Assembly: GCA_963828525.1 (NCBI GenBank)
Contig: CAWHEP010000008.1
Coordinates: 448,001 to 512,000, forward strand
Direction: 5' to 3'
Origin: an uncultured Verrucomicrobiae bacterium
GTDB lineage: Bacteria; Verrucomicrobiota; Verrucomicrobiia; Chthoniobacterales; Chthoniobacteraceae
DNA: 64,000 bases
Under the pieces are notes generated by a model that worked only from the letters and a program-made list of their open reading frames with translations, did not search any database and was not told the DNA's origin. Both the position numbers and the translations under genes were made by a program. This document shows positions 41,526-52,670 of this stretch, one piece after another (within the stretch, counting starts at the first letter, position 1; each line of letters starts with the position of its first letter).

Positions 41526-43027
41526 TGCGGGCGATTGGCGATAAATATCACCATGGCGCTCACCAGAACCACCGCGATGCCCACATAAAGCCAAAGCAAC
41601 GCGCCCTGCTGCACCGCCTCGCCTCGTCCCGCCGGTGTCCTGTCAAACCTGCCGCGCAGACGACCTTTCCTGAGAAATCCATCATAATGCCGCTGAATCA
41701 AATGAGTTTCGACCTGGCGCATCGTGTCCAGCATGACACCCACGATGATGAGAAGACTCGTGCCGCCAAAGAACTGAGCCGTGATATATGGGATGCCCAT
41801 CTTTTGAGAAAGCATCTGCGGAAGAATCGCTATGAAGGTGAGAAAGATTGCGCCAGCGAAGGTGAGGCGCGTCATGGTAAAGTCCAGGAAGTCGGCGGTG
41901 GGTTTGCCAGGACGGAACCCGGGGATGTAACCGCCGTATTTCTTAAGATCCTCGGCGATCTGCCCAGGCTGGAACTGTGTCGCCACCCAAAAGTAACTGA
42001 AGAAGAAGATCATGCCGCCGAAAAGAACGTAATGCACATAGCCGGTCGTCATGGCGGCGGCGATCTTCTGCGCGGGAGCGTAATTTTTAAAGGCCATCTG
42101 CGCGATGGTTGTCGGAAAGATGAGAAGCGCCTGCGCAAAGATGATGGGCATCACGCCCGCGTAATTGACCTTCAACGGCATGTACTGGGTCTGACCGCCA
42201 TACACTTTGCGACCGACGACCCGCTTCGCGTACTGCACGGTGATCTTTCGCTGGGCCTGGGTCACACAAATGACCGCAGCTATGACGAAGACAAGAAAGG
42301 CCACCATGAAAACCAGCACGATAGGACTGACCGCGTTCCCCTGCCCTCCGGAAGGAACAAAAGTCCGCCAAGCCTGGATGAGCGCGGCAGGAAGACGGGC
42401 CACAATCCCGACCGTGATGATGAGTGAGATTCCGTTACCGATGCCCCGGTCGGTTATTTGATCGCCAAGCCACATCAGGAAAAGGGTTCCAGCCGTGAGC
42501 GTCAGAACGGTAAGGATTCGAAAGGCCGTTCCGGGATCGGCGACGAGCGGGATACCCATTCTGGCAATGGTATCGGTGATGCCTGGCAGAAACGGATTCT
42601 TGTTGGGGTTCTCAAACGAGAGAGCCAGCAGATACCCTTGGAATATGCAGAGCGCCACGGTCGCGTACCGTGTGTATTGCATGATCTTCTGGCGTCCGCC
42701 GTCTTCCTTGGCCATCTTTGCCAACTGGGGAATCACCGCCGTCAACAACTGCAGCATGATGGACGCGCTGATGTACGGCATGATGCCGAGCGAAAAGACT
42801 GCGCAATTTTCGAGAGCGCCTCCGCTGAAGATGTTGAACAGAGCCGCTACGCTGCCCCCGGATTCCCTGTTAACAGCGGAAAGAAACCAATGCTGAATGA
42901 CGGTTGCGTTAACCCCGGGACAGGAGATCGCGGCTCCAATGCGCACGACCACCAGGATCGCAAGAGTAAAGAGCACCCGATTGCGAAGTTCGGGAATCTT
43001 GAATGTATTCGTGAAGGCTGAAATCAT
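41522..43027 (-). CDS. secY: Preprotein translocase SecY with extra C-terminal hydrophobic helix
   Basis: FSLGIMPYISASI, GIGNGISLII, PLKVNYAGVMPIIFA, FFGGTSLLIIVGV, YDGFL. Confidence 0.98.
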   Translation of the reverse strand: MISAFTNTFKIPELRNRVLFTLAILVVVRIGAAISCPGVNATVIQHWFLSAVNRESGGSVAALFNIFSGGALENCAVFSLGIMPYISASIMLQLLTAVIPQLAKMAKEDGGRQKIMQYTRYATVALCIFQGYLLALSFENPNKNPFLPGITDTIARMGIPLVADPGTAFRILTVLTLTAGTLFLMWLGDQITDRGIGNGISLIITVGIVARLPAALIQAWRTFVPSGGQGNAVSPIVLVFMVAFLVFVIAAVICVTQAQRKITVQYAKRVVGRKVYGGQTQYMPLKVNYAGVMPIIFAQALLIFPTTIAQMAFKNYAPAQKIAAAMTTGYVHYVLFGGMIFFFSYFWVATQFQPGQIAEDLKKYGGYIPGFRPGKPTADFLDFTMTRLTFAGAIFLTFIAILPQMLSQKMGIPYITAQFFGGTSLLIIVGVMLDTMRQVETHLIQRHYDGFLRKGRLRGRFDRTPAGRGEAVQQGALLWLYVGIAVVLVSAMVIFIANRPH

Positions 43028-43097
43028 GGAAAGTCCAATGTGGCAGCCGCTACAAAGCGTCGCCGCTGGAATACACGGCGGCGGCGCGGCAAAGCCT

Positions 43098-43547
43098 CTA
43101 CGCTGATTTAACGGTGATAGCTCCTCCGGCTTTCTCGATCTTCTCGCGAGCCGCCGCGCTGACTTTATCAGCCGTAATGGAGAGCTTCTTGCTAAGATCG
43201 CCGTTGCCGAGAATCTTGATGCCGTCAAAACGGCCACGAATCAGCTTCTTCTCCCGGAGCGCCTTTTCGTCCACGACAGCGCCTTCATCAAAGATATCCA
43301 GAGACTCCAGATTCACCAAAGCGTAGCGGGTCTTGAAGGCGGCGTTGTTAAAACCCCGCTTGGGAAGACGACGAATCAGCGGCATCTGACCGCCTTCAAA
43401 ACCGAGCCGAATACTGCCGCCCGAGCGGGCCTTCTGGCCCTTGTGGCCTTTACCGCTTGTTTTGCCGTGACCGGAGCTTTCGCCGCAGCCGAGACGTTTG
43501 ACCCTGTGCTTGGCGCCGGGCCGGGGTTTTAAGGTATGAAGATTCAT
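43098..43547 (-). CDS. rplO: 50S ribosomal protein L15
   Basis: GKTSGKGHKGQKAR, FEGGQMPL. Confidence 0.98.
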   Translation of the reverse strand: MNLHTLKPRPGAKHRVKRLGCGESSGHGKTSGKGHKGQKARSGGSIRLGFEGGQMPLIRRLPKRGFNNAAFKTRYALVNLESLDIFDEGAVVDEKALREKKLIRGRFDGIKILGNGDLSKKLSITADKVSAAAREKIEKAGGAITVKSA

Positions 43548-43550
43548 TCG

Positions 43551-44081
43551 TCAGGCTCCCTTGCCGTTACCGCGCAGCGGAATGCCGCGCAATTTAAAAA
43601 TTTCGTCACGCTGACGCAACGCTCCGAGCGCCTCGATCGTCGCCTTCACGACGTTCGCATGATTGCTCGAACCGAGAGACTTTGCCAGCACGTCCTTGAT
43701 GCCAGCAGCTTCGACAACGGCTCTCACCCCGCCACCGGCGATCACACCGGTGCCAGGAGAAGCAGGGCGCAATAGAACCCGTCCTCCCCCAAACTCCCCG
43801 ATAACTTCGTGCGGAATGGTATTCAAATGGACGGCTACCTTTTTCATCGCCTTCTTTGCGGATTCTGATGCCTTGCGAATTGCCTCGGAGACTTCATTGG
43901 CTTTGCCGAAGCCGCAACCCACGCTGCCCTGACGATTTCCCGTCACGATAAGGGCACTGAAGCTGAAGCGGCGTCCGCCTTTGACCACTTTGGCGCAACG
44001 GTTGATGAAGACCACCTTTTCAGAGAGGTCCGATTTTGGCTTATCCGAGCCATGGTCACGTCTATGTCGATTTTCGGCCAT
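43551..44081 (-). CDS. rpsE: 30S ribosomal protein S5
   Basis: [20 protein letters not shown]. Confidence 0.98.
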   Translation of the reverse strand: MAENRHRRDHGSDKPKSDLSEKVVFINRCAKVVKGGRRFSFSALIVTGNRQGSVGCGFGKANEVSEAIRKASESAKKAMKKVAVHLNTIPHEVIGEFGGGRVLLRPASPGTGVIAGGGVRAVVEAAGIKDVLAKSLGSSNHANVVKATIEALGALRQRDEIFKLRGIPLRGNGKGA

Positions 44082-44084
44082 ATA

Positions 44085-44441
44085 TTAAAAATCCAATCCG
44101 GACTCACGGGCCGCATCAGCCAGAGCCTTCACCTTGCCGTGGTAGAGAAATCCACCACGATCAAAAACCACTTTCCCGATATTCTTCTCTTTGCTGCGTT
44201 CAGCAACGAGTTTGCCAACCTTCTGCGCTGTTACCTGGTTGGCGCGGGTTGCTTTGTCCGTTTTGAAAGCCTTCTCCGTAGTGTTCGCGGAAACGAGGGT
44301 TTTACCCACGGTGTCATCCACGACTTGGGCGTAGATATTCTTGCCCGAAAAATGCACAGCGAGACGCGGCCGCTCTGTAGTGCCGGAAATACGCTTGCGA
44401 ATGCGGCGGTGCCTAAGTTTGACTGAAGCGAGAGTAGCCAT
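44085..44441 (-). CDS. rplR: 50S ribosomal protein L18
   Basis: [20 protein letters not shown]. Confidence 0.98.
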   Translation of the reverse strand: MATLASVKLRHRRIRKRISGTTERPRLAVHFSGKNIYAQVVDDTVGKTLVSANTTEKAFKTDKATRANQVTAQKVGKLVAERSKEKNIGKVVFDRGGFLYHGKVKALADAARESGLDF

Positions 44442-44442
44442 A

Positions 44443-44982
44443 TTACTGAACGGTTTTGCCTTCCTTGCGGACGATCTGCTCGCCGGCGTAACGGATGCCT
44501 TTGCCTTTGTAAGGCTCGGGAGGGTAGTAGCCCCGGATATCGGCAGCGACCTGTCCCACCACTTTTTTGTCGATCCCCTCGACTTTGATCTTGGTGTTCT
44601 CGGTCACGGTGATCTTGATCTCCGGCGGGATCGGAAAGAGAACTGGATGGGAGAAACCGAGGCTGAGATTGAGATTCTTGCCTTGGACGGCAGCCTTGAA
44701 ACCGACGCCCTGGATTTCGAGATCGCGCGAAAAACCATTTGAGACCCCGGCGACCATATTAGCAATGAGACTGCGAGAGAGGCCATGCAGCGCCTTCACT
44801 TGACGAGCCTCACCCGCGCGCGCCAATGAAACTTGATTGTCCTTCACGGTGGCGCTGATGCGCTTGGGCAAAGTCCAATGCAGCTTGCCTTTGGGGCCCT
44901 CGACACTTACTTCCCCCTCGCCCGATATATTCAATTTCACCTTGGGAGGGATTTCGATCAATTTATTTCCGATCCTGGACAT
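44443..44982 (-). CDS. rplF: 50S ribosomal protein L6
   Basis: [16 protein letters not shown]. Confidence 0.98.
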   Translation of the reverse strand: MSRIGNKLIEIPPKVKLNISGEGEVSVEGPKGKLHWTLPKRISATVKDNQVSLARAGEARQVKALHGLSRSLIANMVAGVSNGFSRDLEIQGVGFKAAVQGKNLNLSLGFSHPVLFPIPPEIKITVTENTKIKVEGIDKKVVGQVAADIRGYYPPEPYKGKGIRYAGEQIVRKEGKTVQ

Positions 44983-44993
44983 AGAGAGAGTTC

Positions 44994-45392
44994 CTACCAG
45001 ACGTAAGCAAGCAACTCGCCGCCCACGTTCTGTTTTTTCGCTTCCCGGCCGGTCAGAATACCGCGAGGGGTGGAGAGAATCGAAATGCCCATTCCGCCGA
45101 GAACGCGGGGGACTTCAGTTGCGCCTACATAGCGTCGCAAGCCGGGGCGGCTTACCCGCTTCAGTCCAGCGATGACAGGGACGCGATTGATGATTTTATT
45201 CGTGATTTTGATCTGGGGAACTTTGCCAACGGTCTCGAGTTCGTAACCGACGATGTAGCCTTCCTGTTGCAAGATGCGAACGATATCAGCCTTAATCCGG
45301 GAGTAGGGGACGAGGATGTCCACCTTAGCGGCGCGGCTCGCGTTACGGATACGGGTCAGAAGGTCTGCGATGGGATCGGTCAAGGCGCTCAT
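44994..45392 (-). CDS. rpsH: 30S ribosomal protein S8
   Basis: DPIADLLTRIRNA, SRPGLRRY, GGELL. Confidence 0.98.
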   Translation of the reverse strand: MSALTDPIADLLTRIRNASRAAKVDILVPYSRIKADIVRILQQEGYIVGYELETVGKVPQIKITNKIINRVPVIAGLKRVSRPGLRRYVGATEVPRVLGGMGISILSTPRGILTGREAKKQNVGGELLAYVW

Positions 45393-45397
45393 AATAA

Positions 45398-45964
45398 CTA
45401 GGCTGCTTCGGCGACTTTCTTCGCCTTATCGGTAAATGGCATGCCAAGTTCGCTAAGCAGGGACTTGGCTTCCTCGTTGGTTTTCGCCGAGGTGACAATG
45501 GTGACATCAAAGCCGATATTGCGCTTGATTTTGTCGAGTTCGACTTCCGGGAAAATGGACTGATCAACCACGCCAAGCGTGTAGTTGCCGTTCCCATCAA
45601 AAGCCTTCGGGGAGACGCCACGGAAATCGCGAATCCGCGGGAGGCCAGCCTTGATGAGGCGCTCCAGAAACTCGTACATGCGAGCGCCCCGAAGGGTAAC
45701 CTTCGCGCCGATCGGCTGATCTTTGCGCAGTTTGAAATTCGATATGCTCTTCTTCGCGCGTGTCTCGGCGGGCTTCTGTCCCGTAACCAGCGTCATCTCC
45801 TGTTTGGCGTCCTCGAGAGCCTGCTTAACATCCGTGGCGGAACCAACGGAGGTGTTGACGACGACCTTCTGAACCTTCGGAACCTGATGCAGGTTGGTGT
45901 AACCGTGCTTTTTTTTCAAAGCAGGCACGACGCGCTCCTGATACTCTTTATGCAGTTCAACCAT
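45398..45964 (-). CDS. rplE: 50S ribosomal protein L5
   Basis: KVTLRG, LPRIRDFRG, FDGNGNY. Confidence 0.98.
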   Translation of the reverse strand: MVELHKEYQERVVPALKKKHGYTNLHQVPKVQKVVVNTSVGSATDVKQALEDAKQEMTLVTGQKPAETRAKKSISNFKLRKDQPIGAKVTLRGARMYEFLERLIKAGLPRIRDFRGVSPKAFDGNGNYTLGVVDQSIFPEVELDKIKRNIGFDVTIVTSAKTNEEAKSLLSELGMPFTDKAKKVAEAA

Positions 45965-45969
45965 ATCCC

Positions 45970-46293
45970 TTACTCGCTTTTCTTAGATTTCTTGGAAGCG
46001 GGCTTCGGAGCGGCCTCTTTTTTCTTCCCCTTATCCTTGTCCTTGGCAGCCTTCCCAGTGGGTTCGACCCTTTTCACATTTGATATATGGATAGGGCCCT
46101 CGCGCTGGATAATGCCGCCCTCGGGCTGATCCTGGGACTTCTTTTGATGCTTCTTGATCAGACGCACGCCTTCGATGACGACCCGGTTCTTCTTGGACAG
46201 CACCTGAAGGATCTTCCCAGTCGCGCCCCGGTGATTGCCGGAAATGACGATGACTTCGTCACCCTTTTTGACATGTGTCTTGAGTCGATTCAT
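45970..46293 (-). CDS. rplX: 50S ribosomal protein L24
   Basis: [20 protein letters not shown]. Confidence 0.97.
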   Translation of the reverse strand: MNRLKTHVKKGDEVIVISGNHRGATGKILQVLSKKNRVVIEGVRLIKKHQKKSQDQPEGGIIQREGPIHISNVKRVEPTGKAAKDKDKGKKKEAAPKPASKKSKKSE

Positions 46294-46655
46294 AAAACTT
46301 CAGGCGCGAGAGAAACGATCTTCATGAAGTTGCGTTCGCGAAGCTCGCGCGCAACTGGGCCGAAAATTCTGGTGCCGCGGGGATTCAGGTCTTTGTCGAT
46401 AATGACGATGGCGTTGTTATCGAAGCGAAGGTAGGAACCATCACTGCGGCGAATGGGCTTGCGTGTGCGCACAACAACCGCGCGAACCACGTCCCCTTTT
46501 TTCACGGTGCCGTTGGCGGATGCCTCCTTAACGTTCGCGGTGATTACGTCACCAATGCCAGCAGAGCGCGTTGACTTGCCAATCACACCGATCATGGTGG
46601 CCATGCGGGCACCCGAGTTGTCGGCAACATCCAATCTGGAACGAATCTGAAGCAT
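46290..46655 (-). CDS. rplN: 50S ribosomal protein L14
   Basis: [25 protein letters not shown]. Confidence 0.98.
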   Translation of the reverse strand: MLQIRSRLDVADNSGARMATMIGVIGKSTRSAGIGDVITANVKEASANGTVKKGDVVRAVVVRTRKPIRRSDGSYLRFDNNAIVIIDKDLNPRGTRIFGPVARELRERNFMKIVSLAPEVL

Positions 46656-46682
46656 AAAAGGGAAAGGGGCGCTAAGTGTAGA

Positions 46683-46979
46683 CTAATGCTTGATGATTTC
46701 AACTATGCGCCAGCGCTTTAATTTGCTGAGCGGTCTTGTCTCCATGATGCGCACGGTATCGCCGACCTGGACCTTGTCCTCTTCGTCGTGGGCATAATAT
46801 TTCTTCACCTGCTTCACGATCTTGCCGAACTTGGCATGAGGCACGCGGGTGACGGATTCCACGATAGCGGTCTTCTTCATCGCGTGTGATACAACAAGAC
46901 CCACTCGGGTCTTGCGAAGCGCGCGATGCAGCTCCTCGGTTTGGGTGGGCGCGGTAGCGGTGGCGGCAGCTTCGGTCAT
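46683..46979 (-). CDS. rpsQ: 30S ribosomal protein S17
   Basis: AHDE, GDTVRIMETRPLSK. Confidence 0.97.
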   Translation of the reverse strand: MTEAAATATAPTQTEELHRALRKTRVGLVVSHAMKKTAIVESVTRVPHAKFGKIVKQVKKYYAHDEEDKVQVGDTVRIMETRPLSKLKRWRIVEIIKH

Positions 46980-47179
46980 TTGGTCTCCCTGGCCCTGGCG
47001 CGTTGCGACAGAACGGTTTCGATACGAGCTACTTCACGGCGGATTTCACGAAAGCGACTCGGCTTTTCAAGCTGTCCGCTCTGCTGCTGAAGGCGGAGAT
47101 GAAAGCTCTCCTGCCGCAGCTCGTTTTTGCGCGTGGCAAGCTCATCCACGCTCAATTCAATAATTTCTTTCATCTTCAT
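46976..47179 (-). CDS. rpmC: 50S ribosomal protein L29
   Basis: FHLRLQ..GQLE..RREVARIET; position between rplP and rpsQ. Confidence 0.95.
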   Translation of the reverse strand: MKMKEIIELSVDELATRKNELRQESFHLRLQQQSGQLEKPSRFREIRREVARIETVLSQRARARETK

Positions 47180-47191
47180 AGAAAACCTGGA

Positions 47192-47614
47192 TTAAGCGCC
47201 GATGTGGTGCCGCGTAAGGAACTTGGTCCTGATCGGAAGCTTGGTCGCGGCGAGCCGCAAGGACTCGCGGGCGACGGACTCGGTGACACCATCCAGTTCG
47301 AAAAGAATATTCCCTGGGCGCACGGTGGCGACCCAATATTCGGGCGCGCCTTTGCCCTTGCCCATACGGGTCTCAGGCGGGCGGGATGTAACGGATTTAT
47401 CCGGGAAAATGCGGATCCACAGTTTCCCTTTGCGCTTCATGTTGCGGGTGAGAGCCACACGAGCGGCTTCGATCTGGATATTGGTGATCCACGCGCGCTC
47501 AAGGGTCTGAAGACCGAATTCGCCAAAGTCGATGCGGATGTTCCGCGAAGCGTTACCAGAGCGGCTGCCGCGCTGTGACTTCCGGTACTTGACTCGTTTG
47601 GGCATTAAAGGCAT
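47192..47614 (-). CDS. rplP: 50S ribosomal protein L16
   Basis: [20 protein letters not shown]. Confidence 0.98.
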   Translation of the reverse strand: MPLMPKRVKYRKSQRGSRSGNASRNIRIDFGEFGLQTLERAWITNIQIEAARVALTRNMKRKGKLWIRIFPDKSVTSRPPETRMGKGKGAPEYWVATVRPGNILFELDGVTESVARESLRLAATKLPIRTKFLTRHHIGA

Positions 47615-47626
47615 TTGAGAATCTCC

Positions 47627-48301
47627 TTAAGCGATTGCGGGGGCAGGGGCGGCTTGTTGCTTCTCCTCAGCGAGAACTTCCTCCGGCTTACAGATCCAGC
47701 ATTTGACGCCGATCTTCCCGTAAACAGTATGAGCCTCGGCAAACCCATAGTCGATGGGGGTTCTGAGAGTATGGAGAGGGATCTTGCCTTCGCGGTACCA
47801 TTCCGCGCGGGAAATTTCGGCGCCGCCCAAGCGACCCGACGAACGAATCCGGATACCCTGCGCGCCGAAGTCCATCGTTGTCTGCACGGCCTTCTTCATG
47901 GCGCGTCGGAAGGAAATACGCCGTTCGATCTGAAGGGAAACGTTTTCCGCGACGAGCTGGGCGTCGAGTTCAGGAGTCTTGATTTCCTGAATGTCGATCT
48001 TCACCTGTTTGCCCGCAGACATGCGCCCGATCTCCTCGGTCATCTTCTCGATCTCCGATCCTTTACGTCCGATGACGATTCCAGGACGGGCTGTGAAGAT
48101 GGTGACGCGAATGCTGTTCCAAGCGCGCTCGATGACGATTTTCGAGACGGCAGCCAACTGAAGCTTCTTTTTAACGTACCCGCGAATCTTAAGATCGGCG
48201 TGCAGAAAGTCAGGCAACTCCTTGGGCGACGCGAACCACCTTGAACGCCAGTCGCGATTGAGCGCCAGCCTGTAACCAATAGGATTAACTTTTTGACCCA
48301 T
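47627..48301 (-). CDS. rpsC: 30S ribosomal protein S3
   Basis: [23 protein letters not shown]. Confidence 0.98.
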   Translation of the reverse strand: MGQKVNPIGYRLALNRDWRSRWFASPKELPDFLHADLKIRGYVKKKLQLAAVSKIVIERAWNSIRVTIFTARPGIVIGRKGSEIEKMTEEIGRMSAGKQVKIDIQEIKTPELDAQLVAENVSLQIERRISFRRAMKKAVQTTMDFGAQGIRIRSSGRLGGAEISRAEWYREGKIPLHTLRTPIDYGFAEAHTVYGKIGVKCWICKPEEVLAEEKQQAAPAPAIA

Positions 48302-48306
48302 AAAAT

Positions 48307-48834
48307 CTATTCTTCCGCAGTCTTGGTAGTCTCTGCCGTGTCCGCAGGATTCACTGTTGTTTGCTCAGGCGCGACAGGGGTTGGGGCTGGCGCCTCCTGA
48401 GGCGCCGCTGGTTTGGATGCCTTTACCGCCGCCTGTTTTGGGCGGGGAGATTTCCGGGTCGCCTTGGAGGCGAGTCGCCTCGATTCCCGCGTCACGATCT
48501 TAACTTCGTCGGTGAGAACAATGCGGATATGACTCGTCCGCTTTCTGATCGGGCCGGCGCTGCCTCTCGCCTTGGGCTGCGACCTCTTCAGGGTAGGGCC
48601 TTCGCCGATCGTTGCTTCCTTCACCACCAAGGTATCCGCGCGAAGCTCGTTGTTATTCTCCGCGTTGGCAATGGCGCTCTTCAGCGTCTTCTCAATCATC
48701 GCCGCGGCTTTCTTCGGGCTGAAGCGCACGATATCGAGCGCAGCCGCGACCGGAAGGCCTTGTATCTCGCGGGTTACCTCGCGCGCCTTGAAAGCGGAGA
48801 TGCGGGCATACTTGTAAGTAGAAATAATGTGCAT
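48307..48834 (-). CDS. rplV: 50S ribosomal protein L22 with C-terminal extension
   Basis: [23 protein letters not shown]. Confidence 0.96.
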   Translation of the reverse strand: MHIISTYKYARISAFKAREVTREIQGLPVAAALDIVRFSPKKAAAMIEKTLKSAIANAENNNELRADTLVVKEATIGEGPTLKRSQPKARGSAGPIRKRTSHIRIVLTDEVKIVTRESRRLASKATRKSPRPKQAAVKASKPAAPQEAPAPTPVAPEQTTVNPADTAETTKTAEE

Positions 48835-48845
48835 TGCCAATGTCC

Positions 48846-49652
48846 TCAGCGCGCGTCCACCCGAAGGCGGTCACCCACTCTAATTTTTTGCTTATCCGAA
48901 AGATCCTGAATCACAGCTCCGGCGATTTTCTCGCGCACATCCACGACGCGCACCAACGCGATCCTGTTGTCTCCGCGCCAGACTTGGAATGGCATGCCCA
49001 TCCTGACGCCCTGAGTTGACCCCAAATTAGCGACCACGAGGGCAAACTCTTCCTTCACGCTAATGACCATACCGTCGGTCAGCGTTGCCGGCACAGGAGC
49101 TGCCTCGACGGCCTGTGGTTTTACCCCAAGCACTTCACTGGTAGCTCGCATCTGCTGCTCCACCTGCATCCGGGCATCCGCGTTGGTTGTAACGGCACTC
49201 TTCACGAAGCGGACAATTGTTTCACTCAGGCGGAGCAACTGTTCGGCGAGCCGATCTTTATCGGATTGCGCCAAACGAAGATCGCTGACCGCTTTGAGCA
49301 GGCGCTGTTCAAGCTTGCCCTTGTCGCCACCCGCATCCAACCCAAGCGCCTCCAGACGCATCTTGAGTTCACCGCACTGCCTTCGGAATACCTCCGCTTC
49401 GCTGTTGGAAATAGCAAGGCTCTCGGTTACGGCCCGCAGTTGGGCGCGCGCCTCATCCACCTGCCGATGCAGCGCCTGGTTTTCCGTAGTCACCGCGTCG
49501 AGGGTCAGCTTCGCCTCAGAAAACTCAATATCGAGATTGCCCGAGTCTTTTTGACCTGCGGCGAGCGACATTGAAGATGGAAGTGAAACAGCGAACATTG
49601 CGATTATGAGTCCACGGAGCGCAACCGGAACGGCTCTGGCTCGGGACAACAT
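48846..49652 (-). CDS. Exported or membrane-anchored coiled-coil protein with C-terminal beta domain, inside the S10 operon
   Basis: Hydrophobic N-terminus, long heptad region, VVANLGSTQGVRMGMPFQVWRG..IRVGD (FlgT-C-like pattern); fills the rpsS-rplV gap. Confidence 0.8.
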   Translation of the reverse strand: MLSRARAVPVALRGLIIAMFAVSLPSSMSLAAGQKDSGNLDIEFSEAKLTLDAVTTENQALHRQVDEARAQLRAVTESLAISNSEAEVFRRQCGELKMRLEALGLDAGGDKGKLEQRLLKAVSDLRLAQSDKDRLAEQLLRLSETIVRFVKSAVTTNADARMQVEQQMRATSEVLGVKPQAVEAAPVPATLTDGMVISVKEEFALVVANLGSTQGVRMGMPFQVWRGDNRIALVRVVDVREKIAGAVIQDLSDKQKIRVGDRLRVDAR

Positions 49653-49665
49653 CTTGTTGTTAGAC

Positions 49666-49944
49666 CTATTTAGTCACCTTTGCCGTGTGAGACCCGTGCT
49701 TTTTGAACACTCGGGTGGGCGAGAATTCGCCAAGCTTGTGGCCAACCATGTTTTCGGTCACGAAAACCGAATTGAAGATTTTGCCGTTATGGACCAGGAA
49801 GGTATGGCCAACGAAATCGGGCGTAATCGTCGAGCGCCGAGACCAGGTCTTGATCGGCTTCTTCGCGCCAGTTTCGATCTGCTTATCGATCTTCTCGAGC
49901 AGATGCATATCAACAAAGGGACCTTTTTTTAACGATCTACCCAT
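49666..49944 (-). CDS. rpsS: 30S ribosomal protein S19
   Basis: [24 protein letters not shown]. Confidence 0.98.
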   Translation of the reverse strand: MGRSLKKGPFVDMHLLEKIDKQIETGAKKPIKTWSRRSTITPDFVGHTFLVHNGKIFNSVFVTENMVGHKLGEFSPTRVFKKHGSHTAKVTK

Positions 49945-49947
49945 AAA

Positions 49948-50791
49948 CTACTTCTTTGCCTTGCGACGCGACACGATGAAGCGGTTGCTCGGTTTGTGTT
50001 TCCTGCGTGTTTTGAAGCCTTTGGCCAATTGACCCCACGGGCTGACAGGATGATGACGACCGCCACCACCCTTGCTCTTGCCCTGGCCGCCACCATTCGG
50101 GTGATCGACCGGATTCATTACCATGCCACGGACATGCGGACGGCGTCCGAGCCAGCGGGTGCGTCCCGCCTTGCCGCTCGATACGTTCATGTGATCGATA
50201 TTGCCGACCTGTCCGATCGTGGCGTAAGCGTTCTCGTCAATGCGACGAATTTCACCGGAGGGCATTTTGACCAGAGCATAACCGGCTTCGCGGTTGTTGA
50301 GCATGGCCTGCTGCCCGGCTCTCCGCGCGACCTGACCACCCCGGCCAGCCACCAACTCGACATTGTGAATACCCGTGCCGAGAGGGATCGCCTTTAGCGG
50401 AAGAGCATTACCAAGCTTCCGGAGGCGCATTCTCACCGGCGGATACCTTGTTGCCAACTCCTAGACCAGCCGGCGCCAGGATATAGCTTTTCTCGCCGTC
50501 AGGATAAGAGATCAAAGCGATACGCGCCGAGCGGTTGGGATCATACTCGATCGCAATGACCTCAGCTACGACGTCGCGCTTGCGGCGTTTGAAGTCTACA
50601 AGGCGGTATTTCTGCTTGTGGCCACCGCCAATGTGCCTGGACGTCATCCGTCCGTAGTGGTTACGTCCGCCTGTCTTCTTGAGAGTCTCTACAAGTTTTT
50701 TCTCAGGCTTGATCTTGGTGATCTCGTCGAATTTCGGGAGCGCCTTGAAGCGCTGCACCGGGGTCAACGGTCTGAAAGTCTTGATTGCCAT
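49948..50791 (-). CDS. rplB: 50S ribosomal protein L2 (apparent frameshift near 50415)
   Basis: [37 protein letters not shown]. Confidence 0.97.
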
Positions 50792-50797
50792 AATCGT

Positions 50798-51085
50798 TTA
50801 CGCGAAGTCGATCTTCTCGCCTTCCTTTAATGTCACGATGGCCTTCTTCCAGTGAGGTCTGCGCCCAAAACTGGCCTTGCGCTTATCACGCTTCGTCTTG
50901 CCAGCGTAGTTGCAGGTGTTCACATCGATGACCTTCTTCTTAAAAAGAGCTTCGATCGCGGCCTTGATCTGAACTTTGTTCGCGCGAGGGCTCACACGGA
51001 AAACATACTTGTTATACTTCTCGGCAAGGAGGGTGCCCTTTTCAGTGAGGAGCGCCCGTTGTACTAGATCATAAGGCTCGTTCAT
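50798..51085 (-). CDS. rplW: 50S ribosomal protein L23
   Basis: [20 protein letters not shown]. Confidence 0.97.
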   Translation of the reverse strand: MNEPYDLVQRALLTEKGTLLAEKYNKYVFRVSPRANKVQIKAAIEALFKKKVIDVNTCNYAGKTKRDKRKASFGRRPHWKKAIVTLKEGEKIDFA

Positions 51086-51691
51086 TGGGTCCTTTCGGCC
51101 AACTGGGAGAGGCCTTTTTCAGTTATCAGGATCTTCCTGTAAGCCAGAAGCTGCTCGGTATTGACGTCGCGAGCGTTCAGCAGAAGAGCTGGCTGCACGT
51201 TACGAGCGGCGCGGAATGTGTTTAGATCGAAGGCATCGGAAAGGATCAGCACTTTTTCCTCGGGAGTGTGTCCTTTAGGAGGGAGACAAACGACTTCGTC
51301 TTCGGCTCGCTGACAAGGAATGAATCGACAAGCAGAACATCTCCCGCGGCTATGCGAGCGGTGAGAGCCTTTGCGGAGCGCGAGACGTTTCACCGATTTC
51401 GGAACCTTCTTGGAATAATCGCGAGGCTTCGGGCCGAATACGACGCCACCACCAACCCAGACCGGAGAGCCCGCGCTACCGGCGCGCGCGCGTCCGGTGC
51501 CTTTTTGACGCCAGGGCTTGCGACCTGAGCGGTTCACTTCGGCCTTCGTCTTGCAATTGGCTGATCCGCTGCGACGAGCAGCCTGAAGCGCAACGACAAC
51601 GTCATGAACAGCCTGTGTGCCTTGTCCGGATTCGACCAATTCACACTTCGCCTCTTTGGCAGCTTCGATTGTTAAGAATGCGTGCGCTCAT
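51082..51691 (-). CDS. rplD: 50S ribosomal protein L4 (apparent frameshifts)
   Basis: [27 protein letters not shown]. Confidence 0.95.
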
Positions 51692-51694
51692 AAA

Positions 51695-52341
51695 TCAGGC
51701 AGTGACAACCCGGATGTTTCTTTGCGGGGCGAACAACGACGTAGCTGCCGTTGGCTCCCGGCACGGCCCCAGTGACGAGGAGAACGTTATCGGACTCGCG
51801 GACCTGGAGAACCTTGAGGTTCTGGACGGTGACCCGTCTCGTCGCCCATGTGTCCGGGCATGCCCATGTTCTTCCAAACCCGGCCCGGGGTTGAGCGATT
51901 TCCGATCGCACCGTTTCGGCGATGCATCATGGAACCGTGCGAAGCGCCCTGGCCCTCGAAATTATGCTTCTTCATGACGCCTTGGAAACCTTTGCCCTTG
52001 GACTGGCCAATGACGTCCACAAACTGACCGGCCTGAAACGCGGTAACCTTGAAATCGAGCGACTCAGCAGGAGCATCCTCGGGAAGCCTAAACTCCTGAA
52101 CCAGTTTCTTGGGCTCCGCGCCAGCCTTCTTGAAATGCCCCATCATTGCGCTCGGAATGCGGGACTCTTTCTGGGTGTCGAAACCCACCTGGGCCGCAGA
52201 GTAGCCGTCGTGTTCCTTCGTCTTAACCTGAAGCAAAGCGTTACCGCCAACGGCAATTACCGTCACGGCAGTCGCGTTACCCTTCGCGTCATAGACGCGA
52301 GTCATCCCAACTTTTTTACCTAAAAGGCCGAGTGTGCTCAT
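51695..52341 (-). CDS. rplC: 50S ribosomal protein L3 (apparent frameshift near 51835)
   Basis: [32 protein letters not shown]. Confidence 0.97.
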
Positions 52342-52343
52342 GG

Positions 52344-52655
52344 TCAGATCTTTATGGTGATGTCGACACCGGCCGGGAGATTAAGCTTCTTGAGTTCATC
52401 CACTGTCTTGGCTGTGGGCTCAATGATGTCCAACAGTCGCTTGTGCGTGCGAATCTCGAATTGCTCCATTGATTTTTTGTCAACGTGCGGGGAGCGATTG
52501 ACCGTAAACTTCTCGATGCGAGTGGGCAGCGGAATGGGCCCGGCAACTTTCGCGCCCGTGCGTTTGGCCGTCTCGACAATCTCCGCGGAGGATTGGTCGA
52601 GCATCCGAAAATCGAATGCTTTGAGTCTGATGCGAATTCGCTGTCCGTTAGTCAT
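52344..52655 (-). CDS. rpsJ: 30S ribosomal protein S10
   Basis: [25 protein letters not shown]. Confidence 0.98.
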   Translation of the reverse strand: MTNGQRIRIRLKAFDFRMLDQSSAEIVETAKRTGAKVAGPIPLPTRIEKFTVNRSPHVDKKSMEQFEIRTHKRLLDIIEPTAKTVDELKKLNLPAGVDITIKI

Positions 52656-52670
52656 AAAAGTATAGCCGAA

